Notes under the pieces: model-generated
Told to the model about the DNA's origin: nothing
Seen by the model: the letters and a program-made list of their open reading frames with translations, nothing else
The model's database searches: none
Made by a program: the position numbers and the translations under genes
NCBI GenBank assembly: GCA_030429205.1
Contig: JAUICZ010000001.1
Span: 422,806 to 486,805, forward strand
Length of the DNA stretch: 64,000 bases
From: Bacteroidia bacterium
GTDB lineage: Bacteria; Bacteroidota; Bacteroidia; Chitinophagales; Chitinophagaceae
Reading direction: 5' to 3'
Shown: in pieces, positions 10,389-22,614 of the stretch
Position numbering within the stretch: the first letter of the stretch is position 1
Layout: every line of letters starts with the position of its first letter

Positions 10389-11534
10389 ATGAGCAATCAA
10401 AATTATACATACACATCACCATACATTTACATATTAGCGTTTGTACTGGCTATGTGTATGTATACATTCCCATTCATTAATGCAGATGCATATCTTGCTA
10501 ATAATGCGAACGACGTCTTGTTCAACTATTCTAAGATGCAATGGGGCGATGGTGTTGCTCACTCTTTCGGTCCCTTAAGTTTTTTAGCTACACGACTGGG
10601 CTGGGGAATATCGCGTTGGACTTTTTTGTTGTTTGACCTCTTTATGGTTTTCAACTTCTTTTATGTTTTTAAAGATTTCCAAAAAGCGTCTACAGGTAAG
10701 TTTTTAACTGCATTTATTCTTTTTGGGGCAATGTTGGTTACACAAGTAGCTCATTTTACAGACTTGAGCTGGCTGTACTTTTCTGTATTCCTATTCTGGT
10801 TATTCAGAACATACTTATCGCCCATCAACTTTTCGTTGATAATGCTTTGCCTGTTTACATTTTTACTGTTCTTCATTAAAGCAAACATAGGGCTGGCAGC
10901 ACTCGTGATATTAACGGCACATGTTATACTGCTGTATTTTATTGAAAAGCTCAACCTGAAACAAAGCATTGCTGTTATCGGTGGTACAATAGCAGCTATT
11001 GCGATAGGTTCATTTGCTATGAGTGTGCCTATGTGGCCGTACCTGCAAAATGGTGCAGCAACCATAGCAGAACAATGGAGAGCAGCACCAACTATTAATG
11101 ATAGCGAGCTGGTAGGCCAAATTGAATGGACTTATTCTCTTATTAAGTATTTTCTTATAGCATATACTATATACCTGGTCATAAAAGGTAAATTCGTTCA
11201 GATTTTTTATGTAGCAGTGAGTGCTGTGTATATACTATTGTTAAAAGATGCCGCCTACTCCGGGGATATTAAAGGCGCTTATATTGATTTCTTTTGCTAT
11301 GCTCCATTAATTATGGTCTTTGGTAACTTGGTGTTGCACAGGGGAAGAAACCAGAAGTACTTTTTGTCGGGAGCATTAATAATCACTCTAATTTGTTTGT
11401 TCTTAAAAACAGAGCATACCGAAAATATTAATGTGCTTTCTCAAAAGAGGTTTAATAGCAAAAAGGCGTATATCCACCAGTTTTCAGAGGCCAATAACAT
11501 TGATTACAAGCAAATTGCAACAGGCAACGAATAA
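10389..11534 (+). CDS. polytopic integral membrane protein of unknown function (possibly GT-C-like or flippase-like partner)
   Basis: 381 aa, about 9-10 hydrophobic helices, no recognisable catalytic motif; embedded between two epimerase genes in the glycosylation cassette. Confidence 0.45.
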   Translation: MSNQNYTYTSPYIYILAFVLAMCMYTFPFINADAYLANNANDVLFNYSKMQWGDGVAHSFGPLSFLATRLGWGISRWTFLLFDLFMVFNFFYVFKDFQKASTGKFLTAFILFGAMLVTQVAHFTDLSWLYFSVFLFWLFRTYLSPINFSLIMLCLFTFLLFFIKANIGLAALVILTAHVILLYFIEKLNLKQSIAVIGGTIAAIAIGSFAMSVPMWPYLQNGAATIAEQWRAAPTINDSELVGQIEWTYSLIKYFLIAYTIYLVIKGKFVQIFYVAVSAVYILLLKDAAYSGDIKGAYIDFFCYAPLIMVFGNLVLHRGRNQKYFLSGALIITLICLFLKTEHTENINVLSQKRFNSKKAYIHQFSEANNIDYKQIATGNE

Positions 11535-11818
11535 TTACGCTAATACACCTCTACAGAAAGTTAATATTAAGGATAAATTAGACCAAACCCGAACAATTAC
11601 CTTTGCGCAGGCTTAAATAAAATGGTAGTTTTTGGAGTAGTAAAATTTCCTGAGAGCAAGCACAGTAGCGCATATACACGAAATTCTGTTTTATATACTG
11701 ACAAAATATCTCATTAAGGCGTTCAAATAGTTCTCTTGCAAATATTTATGATATATTTTTGCTCTCAAATTACTAACTGTAGCCCGATTGAAAATTATTT
11801 TAAATATAAAAAACAATT

Positions 11819-12895
11819 ATGTCTAACGTATGTATCGTGACCGGTTCTTCTGGTCTAATTGGAAGTGAATCTGTAGAATTTTTCTCTGAGAAGTTTGATA
11901 AAGTAGTAGGAATAGACAACAATATGCGTATGCGCTTCTTTGGTGAAGATGCATCTACTGAATGGAATACGCAGAGACTACAAAAAGGTGTAGAAAATTT
12001 TGTGCATCACAGTGCAGACATCAGAGACATCGACGCGCTAGACAAAATATTTGCTCAGTATGGTTCAGACATTAAAATGATCGTACATACAGCAGCGCAA
12101 CCCAGTCACGACTGGGCAGCTCGTGAGCCGATAACAGACTTTACGGTTAATGCCAACGGTACCATCAACCTACTGGAAATGACTCGCAAGCACTGTAAAG
12201 ATGCTACCTTCATATTTACATCTACCAACAAGGTATATGGCGACAGACCAAACTACCTTCCTTTAGTAGAATTAGAAACTCGTTGGGAGATCTCTGAAGA
12301 TCATGCATACTTTGCAAAAGGTATCGATGAGAACATGAGCATTGACAATACCAAGCACTCTCTTTTCGGAGCTTCTAAAGTTGCTGCAGATGTTGTTGCA
12401 CAAGAGTATGGTAAATACTTCGGCATGAACATAGGTATCTTCAGAGGTGGCTGTTTAACAGGACCAAACCACAGCGGTACACAGTTGCACGGTTTCCTTT
12501 CTTACCTGATGAAGTGTGCTATAACAGGCGATAAATACACCGTATTTGGTTACGAGGGTAAGCAAGTAAGAGATAACATTCACTCTTGGGATCTGGTAAA
12601 TATGTTCTGGAACTTCCATCAGGCGCCAAGACATGGTGAAGTTTATAATGCCGGTGGCGGACGTTTCTCTAATTGCTCTATGGCAGAAGGTATTACCCTT
12701 TGCGAGAAGATCAGTGGTAATAAAATGAACTACGAATATTCTGAAACAAATAGAATAGGTGACCATATCTGGTGGATCAGTGACACTTCTAAGTTTGAAC
12801 AACACTTCCCGGATTGGAACCTTAAATACAACGTTGAAGATATACTAACACAGATACACGAAGCCTTCCGTAAAAGGGCATCAGTATCTGCATAG
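11819..12895 (+). CDS. NAD-dependent sugar-nucleotide epimerase/dehydratase (extended SDR), paralog of 9310..10371
   Basis: [13 protein letters not shown] Rossmann motif, catalytic S...YGASK, and [16 protein letters not shown]. Confidence 0.8.
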   Translation: MSNVCIVTGSSGLIGSESVEFFSEKFDKVVGIDNNMRMRFFGEDASTEWNTQRLQKGVENFVHHSADIRDIDALDKIFAQYGSDIKMIVHTAAQPSHDWAAREPITDFTVNANGTINLLEMTRKHCKDATFIFTSTNKVYGDRPNYLPLVELETRWEISEDHAYFAKGIDENMSIDNTKHSLFGASKVAADVVAQEYGKYFGMNIGIFRGGCLTGPNHSGTQLHGFLSYLMKCAITGDKYTVFGYEGKQVRDNIHSWDLVNMFWNFHQAPRHGEVYNAGGGRFSNCSMAEGITLCEKISGNKMNYEYSETNRIGDHIWWISDTSKFEQHFPDWNLKYNVEDILTQIHEAFRKRASVSA

Positions 12896-12903
12896 ACCCG
12901 CCT

Positions 12904-13641
12904 ATGAAGTTATCGGTAGTAATACCCGCATATAACGAAGAAGAGTCGTTACCGGAAACACTCAATAGCATATACAACAAGCTAAAGGAAGAAAACATTC
13001 CGCATGAGCTATTGGTGGTGAACGACAACTCTAAAGATGGTACCCTGACATTGCTTGAAAAAATGTCCAGGGACATACCCTCCCTTGTGTTCTATACCAA
13101 TAAAGGACCCAATGGCTTCGGTAATGCGGTACGCTACGGATTATCTCGTTTTGAAGGCGATTGTATGGCACTGATGATGGCCGACCTTTCTGACTCTCCT
13201 GATGATTTGGTGAGTTTTTACAACAAGATGGTCAATGGTAATTATGATTGTGTCTTCGGTAGCAGGTTCAGCAAAGGAGGCAAAGTACATGACTACCCAA
13301 AGCACAAGTTGTTCTTAAACAGGTTGGTGAACAATGCCGTTCGTATCATTTTCGGTATTCCGTACAATGATTTTACTAACGCATTTAAGCTGTATAAGAA
13401 GGAAACGATACAGGGTATTCACCCATTGTTGTCTCCACACTTCAACCTGACATTGGAGATGTCTTTAAAAGCTATTATTCGCGGATATAACTTTGCGGTA
13501 TTACCTAACAGCTGGACCAACAGGAAGTATGGCAAGTCTAACCTGAAGATCAAAGAGATGGGTAGCAGGTACTTCTTTATTTTCCTGTACTGCCTTATAG
13601 AGAAGTATTTCTCTCGTGGTGATTTTGAAAAGAAAGATTAA
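12904..13641 (+). CDS. GT2 polyprenyl-phosphate glycosyltransferase (ArnC/DPM1-like)
   Basis: LSVVIPAYNEEESL, VVNDNSKDGT, and DLSD (DxD-type) motifs of dolichyl/undecaprenyl-phosphate sugar synthases. Confidence 0.8.
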   Translation: MKLSVVIPAYNEEESLPETLNSIYNKLKEENIPHELLVVNDNSKDGTLTLLEKMSRDIPSLVFYTNKGPNGFGNAVRYGLSRFEGDCMALMMADLSDSPDDLVSFYNKMVNGNYDCVFGSRFSKGGKVHDYPKHKLFLNRLVNNAVRIIFGIPYNDFTNAFKLYKKETIQGIHPLLSPHFNLTLEMSLKAIIRGYNFAVLPNSWTNRKYGKSNLKIKEMGSRYFFIFLYCLIEKYFSRGDFEKKD

Positions 13642-13658
13642 GATAGAAATAGATTAAC

Positions 13659-13695
13659 AGAGAAGGGCTTTCAATTTAGAAAGCCCTTCTTTTTG
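13659..13695. terminator. bidirectional rho-independent terminator between the GT2 gene (+) and katG (-)
   Basis: Stem GAAGGGCTTT/AAAGCCCTTC with a T-run on the plus strand and an A-run 5' (a U-run for the minus-strand transcript). Confidence 0.6.
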
Positions 13696-13721
13696 TATTA
13701 ACTCTAACTTACAATTGAATA

Positions 13722-15962
<2,241 letters not shown>

Positions 15963-16114
15963 TTAATACGTTCTTTGATTTACCTCAAAATACACAATAC
16001 TATCTATAACCCCTATAGAGAATGACTATAATATCATCTAAGGGGATTATTGTTGATACGTTAGTTGTCGTATTCTACACAATGCTTATAGCGTCTATTT
16101 ACTATTTTAGCAAC

Positions 16115-16813
16115 ATGGATATACACAACCTGAACATATTGATTGTTGATGACGATACAATTATAGGACCGGTTGTGAGTGACTACCTGGAGTCTCAGGA
16201 TTTAGACGTAACATTGATACAGGATAGTTCATTAGCATTAAATGCCGTAAAAAAGGGAGCATTTGATGTTTGCCTGCTTGATGTGAAAATGCCGGGCAAA
16301 ACAGGTTTTGAAATAGCTGAAGAGATTCATGAAGTTTTTTCAGATATGCCTATAATTTTCCTGACAGGAGAATCCGGAAAAGCGGACAAGATAAAAGGGT
16401 TACGTTTAGGTGCTGATGATTATATTACTAAACCATTTAACCTTGAGGAACTGCATTTACGAATACTGGCTGTTACAAGGCGATCTAAAAAATCGCAAAA
16501 CAAAGAAAGCAAGCCCGAGCAGTATGCTATAGGTACTTATACTTTTCGCCCGTCGTTAAGGAAACTTCAATATGGTAACGAAGAGCAATCTTTAACAGCT
16601 ATTGAAACAGAGCTTTTATGTATGTTTTGCGAAGCTGAAAACGGCGTAATAGACAGAGAAGTTGCATTAAAGAAAATCTGGAAAGACGAACACATGTTTA
16701 AGGGCAGAAGCTTAAATGTGTATGTGAGCAAACTACGCGAGTACCTTAGCAAAGACAACAGAATTGAGATTCTGAATATTCACGGTAAAGGGTACAACCT
16801 GATCGTTAAATAA
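16115..16813 (+). CDS. OmpR/PhoB-family response regulator (REC + winged-helix)
   Basis: ILIVDDD...D (receiver acidic pocket), CLLDVKMPGKTG (phospho-Asp region), and a C-terminal trans_reg_C-like winged helix (YVSKLREYL). Start set at an internal Met because the upstream residues are hydrophobic and not conserved. Confidence 0.75.
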   Translation: MDIHNLNILIVDDDTIIGPVVSDYLESQDLDVTLIQDSSLALNAVKKGAFDVCLLDVKMPGKTGFEIAEEIHEVFSDMPIIFLTGESGKADKIKGLRLGADDYITKPFNLEELHLRILAVTRRSKKSQNKESKPEQYAIGTYTFRPSLRKLQYGNEEQSLTAIETELLCMFCEAENGVIDREVALKKIWKDEHMFKGRSLNVYVSKLREYLSKDNRIEILNIHGKGYNLIVK

Positions 16814-17129
16814 ACGCCCTGAGCTCTGATAGTGCATTTTCTATGAGCACTGTCAGCTTTAAGTAGTGAACATGTAAGGAATCTGTTTTCTTCCGGTCTG
16901 CCTCTTCTTCAATTTTTGCAGCTAAGCTCACCACATCATCTAAACCTAAGTATGCCGACTGGCTTTTTATTTCATGCGCTGTAATACCCACGCCTTCTAT
17001 GTCCTCATCAGATATCTGTTTGCCTAGCTTGTCTACCAGCGCAGGCACCTTCTCTATATACAAATCCAAAAAACGACTCACTATTTGCTTATCGTTACCT
17101 AATAAATTTCTTAGCCTATCGAGGTTCAT
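16806..17129 (-). CDS. Hpt (histidine phosphotransfer) domain protein
   Basis: 107 aa, all-helical, with the HEIKSQSAYLGL motif of Hpt domains (phospho-His in HxxKG/S context); translationally coupled (14-nt overlap) to the hybrid kinase. Confidence 0.7.
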   Translation of the reverse strand: MNLDRLRNLLGNDKQIVSRFLDLYIEKVPALVDKLGKQISDEDIEGVGITAHEIKSQSAYLGLDDVVSLAAKIEEEADRKKTDSLHVHYLKLTVLIENALSELRAFI

Positions 17130-20100
17130 CGTTATTTAAAGTTTGTGTAAGGTGAGCAATTTTTTGTATCAATAATTTATCATCTACAGGTTTCGTGATC
17201 CAGTCGTTCATGCCTGCTTGCCTACATTTATCCAGCTGCTCCGGTACTGCATTAGCTGTAAAAGCAATAATCGGTACAGTTTTATAGTAACGCTCTTTCT
17301 GTGCGCGAATGGCTTCAGAGGTTTCATAACCATTCATCACAGGCATTTTTACATCCATTAGTATTATATCAAAGTCTTTGTGTGTTTCTAACAGATCCAG
17401 AGCCTCCTTACCATTCTCAGCAACTAATACAGTAACGCTATCAATGTTCTTCTTTAATATCTCGACAGCCAATAGTTGATTAAAAGGCGTATCCTCAACC
17501 AGTAATATTTTCAGTCCGGACAACTTAACAAAAGGCCTATTTGAGACTTCTGCAGGTTTTACCTGATCTTCTGACATCGTGTATGGAATACAACAAGTAA
17601 ATACAGAACCTTTCCCCCGGGTACTTTCAACAGTAATATTCCCGCCCTGCTGTTCTACCAGCTGCTTACAGATACTAAGCCCGAGCCCAGTTCCTATATT
17701 ATTCTGTGCAGCATCATGATCTAATTGATGAAAGCTATCAAATATCTTATCCAGCTTTTCTACTTCCATTCCAATTCCTGTATCTTCTACTATAAAACAA
17801 ACCTGAACACGATGTTCATTTAATATGGTTGCTGATGTTTTAATATTTACCGACCCTTCATCTGTAAATTTTATAGCATTGCTCACCAGGTTTGATAAAA
17901 CCTGGTGCAGCCTTACCGCGTCGCCCAATAACGTGTTAGGTAAATCGTTGGCGATAGATAAGTTCAATGTTAACCTCTTCTCACTAGCCTTATGCAAAAA
18001 TGTATCATGTACTTGTTGTATAACCTCTCTGGGTTTGAAAGGCCTTTCAACAAACTTAAACTTGCCACTTTCAATTTTCGCCTGGTCTAGCAAGTCATTA
18101 ATAAGTGTAAATAAGCTTTCTGAAGATTGCGCAGCGGCATGCACATACTTGTGTTGTTGTGTCGTTAATGGTGTATCTAACAACAATTTGTTCAAACCGA
18201 TTATAGCATTTAAAGGAGTACGTATTTCATGACTTACATTGCTAAGAAACTGTGTTTTGTAGTGATCGTTCTGTTCTGCTATTTCTTTTTGCTGTTTAAA
18301 ACTATTCTTCTCTCTATTACTCTTCCAGATGTAGTACGCTAGTGCGACTACCAAAATCAAAACAATTAAGCGAAACCACCACTCTTGCCAAAACATTGGG
18401 GCAACTATCAGCTGTATAGATGCTACATTATCATTCCAAACACCATTATAGTTTGTTGCCTTTACACTAAAAGTATACTCGCCCGGCTCCAGGTTTGTAT
18501 ATGTAGCTTTGTTCTCATTTCCTGAGTATACCCAATCATCATTAAATCCTTCCAGCTTATATGCATAATCGTTGCGTGTAACATCAGTATACTCTAATGC
18601 TTTAAACTCGAAGGACACCACCTTGTCTGCATAGCTGATATTTACTTGCTTTTGACGCTCGGGTATTATTTCAGACTCGTAGGGCAGGCTATTTACCTTT
18701 ATGGCATTAATAACAACGTTTGGTTTATGGCTGCTGTATTTTATACTATCAGGATGAAACAATACCAGACCATTAGTACCTCCAAATGCCAAACTGCCAT
18801 CATTAAGCTTGCACGAACTCCACCTATTGAAAGAGGTATTAACACCATCAGATTGAGAATAGTAACTAAACTTTTCAGTAATCGGATCTAAGCAAATGAT
18901 ATGGTTGAATGTTGTCATCCAAATCTTATCATTATCGTCGAGCAGAAAAGTATAAATGATATCTCCTCCACGTAATCCGTTTTGGGTTGTATAAAGCTTT
19001 AGCTCGCCCGTAACTTCATTATATTTTGCCAGTCCTGTTTCGCATGCTATCCATATTATTCCATCAGACGTTTGTAACAGATCTCTTATTCCATAAAGGT
19101 TATTCGATCTGTTACCTTTTTCAGGATGTTCAATAAGTTTTCCTGAACGTTTATCGTATGCTATTAACACACTGCCGGCACTCATATATATATAGCCCGA
19201 CTTTGACTGAAGGAACCTTTTGATATTAGGATATGGTCTGCTAACAGAACTTTTAAAATTTAACAGCTTTGCCTTTTTTGTTCTGGAATTATATTTGGTC
19301 ATTCCATTATCACCAGCTATCCAATATATCCATGGAGAGTCAATGTCTACATCCAGCTCATAGATAGAGGCATTGTCTACTTCTTTACTTATATGCACCT
19401 GTTCCAGCGATCTTGTAGCCGGTATGTATCGCCATACACCAGATGCCGGCACGGTATAACATAGCCATACCTCTCCATTTGGCATAGTGTATATATTATC
19501 TACAAAAACAGGTGGCGCATTATTAACTATTGTAAATGTATCGCCAACTTCTTTTGCATAATATAAATACCTGTATGTGTAGTAAAACATGCTTCCATCA
19601 GGTAGCTGGTGTATTCTCTGTATGTGGTTTTTATAATCATTCCTTTCCAGTTTCGGGAACAACTGATAGAACTTAAAATTGTTTGATAGTACGTTTATTT
19701 TGTTTACTCCTAGGTCTGTACCTATCCATATATTACCACTGTTATCTTCAAAAAAAACATGAATAACCTTAGACAGTATTGACTTGCTGCTAGAGTTATC
19801 TTTGTTTAAAACCTCTACCTTATTTGCGTTTGTATATATGTGTATCAGGTTGTCGTATGTAGATATCCAATAGTTGCCCTTTACATCTTGTACAATATGC
19901 TTTACATATATATCGCCGTACTCTTCCGGCATAAATTCAGGTCTGCTTATTGTAGTCTTGTTATCATTGTATTTCCATAACCCTTTGGTAGTACATAACA
20001 ATATTTCAGCAGCGTCATCTTTATATATATTAACTACTTTGCCTACTGCTCTTTGCTCTGTACTATCTAATACAGGTACAGAAAATAGCGACTGTTTATC

Positions 20101-20676
20101 TATTGCATACAGCCCCTTTCCTGTACCTAACAGCAACCTTCCTCCCACTTCATAAAAGCAATAAACAAACGTTTCGAAAGGTATCTTAAACGCTTCAAAA
20201 GAATCTGTTGATCTGTTATACCGTGCCGGGCCTTTATCAGTATTTATCCAAACTGTATTATCACTGTCTGTATAAATATCAAATATTCTGTTACCAGGCA
20301 AAGGCTTTTTTGCTCCAATATTCAGGTACTGTGTAATTACGCCTGTTTTACTGTCAATTCTGTTTAACCCAGTATATGTACCTACCCATATGTCGCCGTT
20401 ATAATCCAGATCTAAATTACTGATGCGGGTAGTAGTAAGAGAGGTGTTATTTGCCCCTTGATTTACAGGACTCAGCTTGTTCCCATCATGCAGATACAGC
20501 CCTTCGTAACTAGCCACCCACATGTACCCGCTACTGTCTTGTAAAAAATCCACTACATTACCTTCTGGCAAACCTTCATCTACACTTATTCTGTCAAACA
20601 GCACTTGCTTTGTCTGTGCAAGTGCTTGACTAACAAAAAACATCATCAGTAAAAAGATAAAGTGCCGCATGCTCAT
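17116..20676 (-). CDS. hybrid sensor histidine kinase / response regulator with periplasmic two-component-regulator propeller and Y_Y_Y domains
   Basis: 1186 aa. Signal peptide, repeated YxxGxW/DxxGxxW propeller blades, one TM helix (WWFRLIVLILVVALAYYIW), HisKA H-box (SHEIRTPLNAI), HATPase N/G boxes (DTGIGM, GTGLGLSI), and a C-terminal receiver (LLVEDTPFN...D...MDVKMP). Confidence 0.9.
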   Translation of the reverse strand: MSMRHFIFLLMMFFVSQALAQTKQVLFDRISVDEGLPEGNVVDFLQDSSGYMWVASYEGLYLHDGNKLSPVNQGANNTSLTTTRISNLDLDYNGDIWVGTYTGLNRIDSKTGVITQYLNIGAKKPLPGNRIFDIYTDSDNTVWINTDKGPARYNRSTDSFEAFKIPFETFVYCFYEVGGRLLLGTGKGLYAIDKQSLFSVPVLDSTEQRAVGKVVNIYKDDAAEILLCTTKGLWKYNDNKTTISRPEFMPEEYGDIYVKHIVQDVKGNYWISTYDNLIHIYTNANKVEVLNKDNSSSKSILSKVIHVFFEDNSGNIWIGTDLGVNKINVLSNNFKFYQLFPKLERNDYKNHIQRIHQLPDGSMFYYTYRYLYYAKEVGDTFTIVNNAPPVFVDNIYTMPNGEVWLCYTVPASGVWRYIPATRSLEQVHISKEVDNASIYELDVDIDSPWIYWIAGDNGMTKYNSRTKKAKLLNFKSSVSRPYPNIKRFLQSKSGYIYMSAGSVLIAYDKRSGKLIEHPEKGNRSNNLYGIRDLLQTSDGIIWIACETGLAKYNEVTGELKLYTTQNGLRGGDIIYTFLLDDNDKIWMTTFNHIICLDPITEKFSYYSQSDGVNTSFNRWSSCKLNDGSLAFGGTNGLVLFHPDSIKYSSHKPNVVINAIKVNSLPYESEIIPERQKQVNISYADKVVSFEFKALEYTDVTRNDYAYKLEGFNDDWVYSGNENKATYTNLEPGEYTFSVKATNYNGVWNDNVASIQLIVAPMFWQEWWFRLIVLILVVALAYYIWKSNREKNSFKQQKEIAEQNDHYKTQFLSNVSHEIRTPLNAIIGLNKLLLDTPLTTQQHKYVHAAAQSSESLFTLINDLLDQAKIESGKFKFVERPFKPREVIQQVHDTFLHKASEKRLTLNLSIANDLPNTLLGDAVRLHQVLSNLVSNAIKFTDEGSVNIKTSATILNEHRVQVCFIVEDTGIGMEVEKLDKIFDSFHQLDHDAAQNNIGTGLGLSICKQLVEQQGGNITVESTRGKGSVFTCCIPYTMSEDQVKPAEVSNRPFVKLSGLKILLVEDTPFNQLLAVEILKKNIDSVTVLVAENGKEALDLLETHKDFDIILMDVKMPVMNGYETSEAIRAQKERYYKTVPIIAFTANAVPEQLDKCRQAGMNDWITKPVDDKLLIQKIAHLTQTLNNDEPR

Positions 20677-20716
20677 TATGTATACTATATAAATATACTT
20701 GTCTTAATAACAATTG

Positions 20717-20748
20717 AAGAATCCGCAGAGCAAGCTCTGCGGATTCTT
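20717..20748 (-). terminator. hairpin downstream of the hydrolase gene (putative terminator)
   Basis: Perfect 12-bp stem GAATCCGCAGAG/CTCTGCGGATTC with a 4-nt loop, located 2 nt after the stop of 20750..21976. The U-tract is only moderate. Confidence 0.4.
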
Positions 20749-20749
20749 A

Positions 20750-21976
20750 CTATTTTACCCATGCATTTTCATAACACGGTATAACTGTACTTTCCATATT
20801 ATTTGTACCACCAAGTGAGTTTACCTGCACCGCACATTCGTAGTTATTCGGGAAGATGATATGTACTGCAAAACAACCACGCTGGAATGATACTGCAGGC
20901 TTTTTATCAGGCATACCAAACATATCATTATGGTAACCGCCATGCAAGTATGCTTTACCACCTTTTACATCTCTGCCTTGAGACCACCCCAATAATTCGT
21001 CGTTCATCTTCTGCTTCCAATCTTCACCAATGATCTTTGTAGTATGTTTCAGGTAAGCCATAATAGCATTTTGTTCAGTAGTACTTAACCTCCAGCCAGT
21101 ACTTCCAACATATTTTGTCATATCTCCTTTAATAAAACCCGGTGCTTGAGAATCGAACTTATAATTCAATGTTGGAGCTACTTCTCCATCAGCTGAAGGC
21201 TTTGTAAAAGGAATACCACTAGGGCTAAATACACGCTTATTTACTTCATTAATGTAGATAGAGCTAATTGCAGAGTCTAATAATCTGCTGGCTTCATCGT
21301 AACCACCTCTTACGTCAGCACCGAAAACACCCCAGGCATTGGTAAGCGATTTTTCGTATGCCTTTAAATTTGCGGTTGGCGATGCATATGCAATAGCCAC
21401 ACGTAAGTAAGCATAGTTTACATTCTGATAGTCGTAAGTCCCTTGCTTAAACTCGCTATAGTTGTTAGCCAACGATCTAAGGTTGTTATAGCCAATACCC
21501 CAGGCAGGTAATCCGCTTTCGTGTTTTATTAGATCCTTGAGTGATATTTTTATGAAGGATGTATATTCTGCATCCCAATGCACCGGCATGTACTTATAAG
21601 CACCTTCATCACCATTCATACCTCTTTCTTGCAGGATGCTTAGTAAAGCAAGCGCTGTAATTGTTTTACTACAACTTGCTATCTCTTGTCTTTTTTTAGG
21701 GTTGTGAGGCACACCTCCACCGGCATCCCACGGAGCAACGGCAAAGCCTCCGGCACCATTTCTAACAACTGTTCCTTTTTTTGAAATACTATAAGAATAA
21801 CCTACAGTTTTACCACTCAAGGCATTGATAATGTTCTGTTCGAATGTATCAATATTAAATTGCTCTTGATTTGTAGCTTCTTTTGCTGAAGCAATGATAT
21901 TGTCTTTTTTCTTGCAGGAAAGTGCTGCTATACTAAACCCGGCAGCTAAGAATATTAGTTTGGCTGTTTTTTTCAT
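20750..21976 (-). CDS. beta-lactamase-fold serine hydrolase (class C beta-lactamase/PBP-like) lipoprotein
   Basis: Lipoprotein signal MKKTAKLIFLAAGFSIAALSC; SxxK nucleophile motif ASCSKTITA; YxN-like and HGG elements. Confidence 0.65.
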   Translation of the reverse strand: MKKTAKLIFLAAGFSIAALSCKKKDNIIASAKEATNQEQFNIDTFEQNIINALSGKTVGYSYSISKKGTVVRNGAGGFAVAPWDAGGGVPHNPKKRQEIASCSKTITALALLSILQERGMNGDEGAYKYMPVHWDAEYTSFIKISLKDLIKHESGLPAWGIGYNNLRSLANNYSEFKQGTYDYQNVNYAYLRVAIAYASPTANLKAYEKSLTNAWGVFGADVRGGYDEASRLLDSAISSIYINEVNKRVFSPSGIPFTKPSADGEVAPTLNYKFDSQAPGFIKGDMTKYVGSTGWRLSTTEQNAIMAYLKHTTKIIGEDWKQKMNDELLGWSQGRDVKGGKAYLHGGYHNDMFGMPDKKPAVSFQRGCFAVHIIFPNNYECAVQVNSLGGTNNMESTVIPCYENAWVK

Positions 21977-22207
21977 AATTAATGATTTACTGCCGCAAAG
22001 AAATCATCAATAGCATTTTGGATTGCTTAACACAATTTCAAAAAGTGTAAAAAAGTGTAAAAACTTCACAATAAACAGATCTACGGTTAGTAATAAAAGA
22101 TATTCATATTTAGCTCCGGCAAATCTATTCAAACAAGAGGGGCATCTATAGATATAGATGCCCCCGTATAACACTGTTACAGCACTTCAAACCTTATCCC
22201 CTTGTTT

Positions 22208-22585
22208 TTATGAAGATTTATCCATTATCATATCTGTTGCATGATGAACCAATATCTTATCATCCTGTAACAACAAAGATATCCTTGTTTTCTGCAAGCG
22301 TTCCTGACTATCTTCCTCCCATGAAACATGACATATACCTGTCACCACCTTATTACCATTCTCAAACTTCATATTAGTATCAATCACTTCAGTTATTACT
22401 TCTCTGCCATCCAGTAGCTGTTCGTAATAAGCCATGATATTACCCGCACCTCTTATGAATGTTTGCGGTTTTGACGGTATCAGCACTGCTTCTTTATGAT
22501 ATAGATCACGCACCGCTTTTAAATCTCTTTCGTTAGCCAGAGCTACCAATTTGTCCAGCACAGTATAAAAGTTATTGTTAGGCAT
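22208..22585 (-). CDS. small NTF2-like/SnoaL-like fold protein, function unknown
   Basis: 125 aa, no signal peptide; composition and length fit an NTF2-like cone fold. Assignment is weak. Confidence 0.35.
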   Translation of the reverse strand: MPNNNFYTVLDKLVALANERDLKAVRDLYHKEAVLIPSKPQTFIRGAGNIMAYYEQLLDGREVITEVIDTNMKFENGNKVVTGICHVSWEEDSQERLQKTRISLLLQDDKILVHHATDMIMDKSS

Positions 22586-22614
22586 AGTTTAATAGTTATT
22601 AGATGTTAGATATA

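Noticed and set aside
12822-13076. 84-aa minus-strand ORF at the epimerase/GT2 junction
   Set aside because: Antisense to two well-supported plus-strand genes.
16022-16114. N-terminal 31-aa hydrophobic extension on the response regulator
   Set aside because: Response-regulator receivers start within ~10 residues of the conserved (I/V)LIVDD motif. An internal ATG at 16115 gives that spacing, so the extension is probably not translated.
17825-20155. Plus-strand ORFs (135, 81, 93 aa) inside the hybrid sensor kinase gene
   Set aside because: Antisense shadow ORFs within a 1186-aa gene with clear domain architecture.
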